From the IMG/VR virus record IMGVR_UViG_3300032282_005588, positions 1 through 64,000 of that record: a stretch of DNA of 64,000 nt; one strand, given 5' to 3'. The notes below the pieces were generated by a model. The model saw only the letters and a list, made by a program, of their open reading frames with translations, was not told the DNA's origin and did not search any database. Shown piece by piece: positions 61,716-64,000 of the stretch (positions are counted from its first letter, which is position 1; every line of letters begins with the position of its first letter). The translations under genes and the position numbers were made by a program. Source of the DNA: a virus.

Positions 61716-62591
61716 ATGAAATTTAAAAAAGAAGATTTACACCCAGATGGGAGACCATTCACCAAAGAAGAATTTATCAACAAAATAAAAACCGATGGTG
61801 AGTTTGCCAAGAGGTGGGGTGAATTAGGACCTGTGTATGGTAAGCAATGGAGACAATGGAGTACTCATAAAACTGTAGTAGTAGGGCATAATGGAAATCA
61901 TAATGAATTTGGGACAATTGTTATAGACCAAATCCAAAACCTAATCAACGACCTTAAAACAAACCCAGACTCAAGACGACTAATGGTTTCAGCTTGGAAT
62001 GTAGGCGAATTAGACCAATGCGTGCTTCCACCTTGTCATTATGGATTTCAAGTTTATACAAGAGAGTTGAGTTTAAGTGAAAGAACTTTTTGGATTATGT
62101 CCAACAGACCTGAACAATTAGGGAGTCAAAATTATTTAGACGGAGATAGGCAAGGTATGAAATCAACTGATTATTATGGAGTACCAACCAGAGCAATCTC
62201 TTTAATGTATAATACCCGAAGTCAAGATGTTCCATTAGGTACACCATTTAATATATCATCATATGCTCTATTGTTAGAAATTATTGCGAAGATGGTTAAT
62301 ATGGTTCCTGAAGAGTTGATTACTAATATGGGTGATTGTCATATCTATCTAAACCAAATTGATGGGATTAAGGAACAATTAACAAGAGAACCATATCCAC
62401 TACCTAAATTGAATATTAATACAGAATGGTGGCCAACAGAAGGTGGTTCATGTGGTGAAGGTCCTTTAGATGTTCAAGCAGTACTAGATGGTTTTTCTAG
62501 TGATTCTTTTGCAAGTTGTTTAATTGAAGAAGATATTCAGTTATATAATTATAAAAGTCATCCGGCAATCAAAATGCCTTTATCAAATTAA
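61716..62591 (+). CDS. thyA: thymidylate synthase, C-terminal catalytic piece
   Basis: GELGPVYGKQWR, DQI, NPDSRR, LPPCH, RSQDVPLG.PFN, GDCHIY, SHPAIK.PLSN. Confidence 0.93.
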   Translation: MKFKKEDLHPDGRPFTKEEFINKIKTDGEFAKRWGELGPVYGKQWRQWSTHKTVVVGHNGNHNEFGTIVIDQIQNLINDLKTNPDSRRLMVSAWNVGELDQCVLPPCHYGFQVYTRELSLSERTFWIMSNRPEQLGSQNYLDGDRQGMKSTDYYGVPTRAISLMYNTRSQDVPLGTPFNISSYALLLEIIAKMVNMVPEELITNMGDCHIYLNQIDGIKEQLTREPYPLPKLNINTEWWPTEGGSCGEGPLDVQAVLDGFSSDSFASCLIEEDIQLYNYKSHPAIKMPLSN

Positions 62592-62603
62592 TAAATAAAA
62601 ATT

Positions 62604-63167
62604 ATGAAATCAAATTTAACAGAAAAATTATCGTCTATTTGCGGGAGTGCAGATAAGACTTATGGTTGTAATGATATTGAATCAATAACACAACTAACAG
62701 AAGAGCAACGTATTCAAGTAGAAGCAGAATTAATTAACCATTTTGGGTTTGATAAAATTATATGGATGCAACTTCCCTCAGGTCTTACAGAAGACAAAAA
62801 AACAACAATAGTTGCAGAAACTAGAAAAATATCAGATTCAGACGATCCAACTCACAAACATAAAGTAGGATATATTTACACTTTAAACTTTATTCCAAAA
62901 ATGTATGAATCGGGAGAAATGTATAAACCAGTAAAAGATGGTTGTGTGTTTGCTCCTATCATCTTCGATCCAGTAACTTTTACGCCTACACAAAGTATTA
63001 CATTAACTTGGTCACCTGAATTTCCTCAAGACATTAATGCACCAGAAAGAACTCTTGAAGACGAAAAGCAAATGATTCGTGATATGTTAGAAAAGGTATT
63101 GGACAATCCTGAAGAGTATAGACCGGTTGGATATACAGGATGTTTACTAAGGTATGTGGCAGTCTAA
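62604..63167 (+). CDS. hypothetical protein
   Basis: 187 aa between thyA-end copies 1 and 2. Confidence 0.65.
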   Translation: MKSNLTEKLSSICGSADKTYGCNDIESITQLTEEQRIQVEAELINHFGFDKIIWMQLPSGLTEDKKTTIVAETRKISDSDDPTHKHKVGYIYTLNFIPKMYESGEMYKPVKDGCVFAPIIFDPVTFTPTQSITLTWSPEFPQDINAPERTLEDEKQMIRDMLEKVLDNPEEYRPVGYTGCLLRYVAV

Positions 63168-63218
63168 TCACACCCAACAATTAAAGCGCCTTTAAGTAAC
63201 TGATGCATATTTATTAAC

Positions 63219-63767
63219 ATGATAAAATTAATTGATTTGTTACGTGAAGTGAAAGCTGCAATCACTGATGATATGGTTATTGTACTAGACAAAGGGCCTA
63301 CTTTGATATTATATAATAATAAAGAAGATGGCGTTTTAGGTTCGATAAATGTTTATAATAATGAGGTAACAGGTGTAGCTGCTGAAAAAGGTTTTGGGCC
63401 TATCATGTATGAATTAGGTATGGCTATGGTGTATCCAAAGCCATTACAATCAGATCGACGAGGTAATACTACAGAAGCAGCTGCAAATATTTGGAATAGG
63501 TTTATAGACGGTATCAACCCAAAAATAAAAGTGGAGAAAGTTAAACCAAGTGATAAGGATTATATGTCAGTATGGCCTGAGACTGGAGAGGCTATTGACC
63601 CTTACTATTTAGATGGTTTTATTAACTATAAGTTTTACAATCCTGATAAATCAGTCCTCGATAAGTTAATTAAGAAAGGAGATATTATACCAAAAGACAA
63701 ACAAAAGGATATAATTAAGAGAGCTAATGATTTTTATCAAAGAAAAGTTAATCATCCCTACAACTAA
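63219..63767 (+). CDS. GNAT-like protein with MIKLIDLLRE leader
   Basis: AEKGFGPIMYE (acetyl-CoA-binding-like), SDR..T.AA..IW. Confidence 0.5.
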   Translation: MIKLIDLLREVKAAITDDMVIVLDKGPTLILYNNKEDGVLGSINVYNNEVTGVAAEKGFGPIMYELGMAMVYPKPLQSDRRGNTTEAAANIWNRFIDGINPKIKVEKVKPSDKDYMSVWPETGEAIDPYYLDGFINYKFYNPDKSVLDKLIKKGDIIPKDKQKDIIKRANDFYQRKVNHPYN

Positions 63768-63817
63768 TCACACCCAGCAATTAAAGCACCTTTATCAAAT
63801 TAACCATATTTATTAAC

Positions 63818-64000
63818 ATGATAAGATTAATTGATTTATTGAGTGAATCTCAGAATATACCTGAAGTATTATATCATTTTACATTACCTAAATATTTTGT
63901 AAATATGATAAAAACAAATACCATTAAGGCAGATCCTAAATTTAAACAAATATCATTCACTTCAGATCCTAATTTATGGGCTTTTAGAGAATTTAATGAT
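63818..64000 (+). CDS. partial protein with MIRLIDLLSE leader, possible ADP-ribosyltransferase-like fold
   Basis: VLYHFT...ISFT; runs off the window end. Confidence 0.45.
   Translation, partial: MIRLIDLLSESQNIPEVLYHFTLPKYFVNMIKTNTIKADPKFKQISFTSDPNLWAFREFND

Larger units (their letters stand above)
62556..63803 (+). repeat. three copies of the thyA 3'-terminal 36 nt (62556-62591, 63168-63203, 63768-63803)
   Basis: Encode SHPAIKMPLSN*, SHPTIKAPLSN*, SHPAIKAPLSN*. Confidence 0.85.

Overview
AT-rich 64 kb segment of a large T4-like (myovirus/jumbo-type) dsDNA phage. All real genes are on the + strand in standard code. A recurrent TTGG-N19-TAYATT promoter and one TAnnTTTG box point to a Bacteroidota host. 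Gene order: end of a virion/baseplate block; replication/recombination genes (PolA-like, gp32-like SSB, RecA/UvsX, 5'-3' exonuclease, gp41/DnaB helicase, class II RNR, PhoH); a 7-deazaguanine DNA-modification cluster (DpdA/TGT-like, queC, queD, queE, folE); a repeat-rich fibre; PolB, clamp, GroES/EL and clamp loader; a ~16 kb glycan island with a branched-chain deoxysugar pathway; then an accessory region. The best candidate for an undescribed system is at 51.6-54.7 kb. It is an integron-like array of six one-gene cassettes delimited by TAAC/GTTA cores. Each cassette carries two long inverted repeats (dumbbell fold, G.T wobbles biased to the + strand), and the array abuts an IntI-like tyrosine recombinase that lacks the IntI-specific insertion. 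Also notable: thyA split into two ORFs by an HNH endonuclease preceded by a kissing-loop element, and a second array of genes each separated by a synonymous-variant copy of the thyA 3' end. All calls come from motifs read by eye; no database search or folding program was run.
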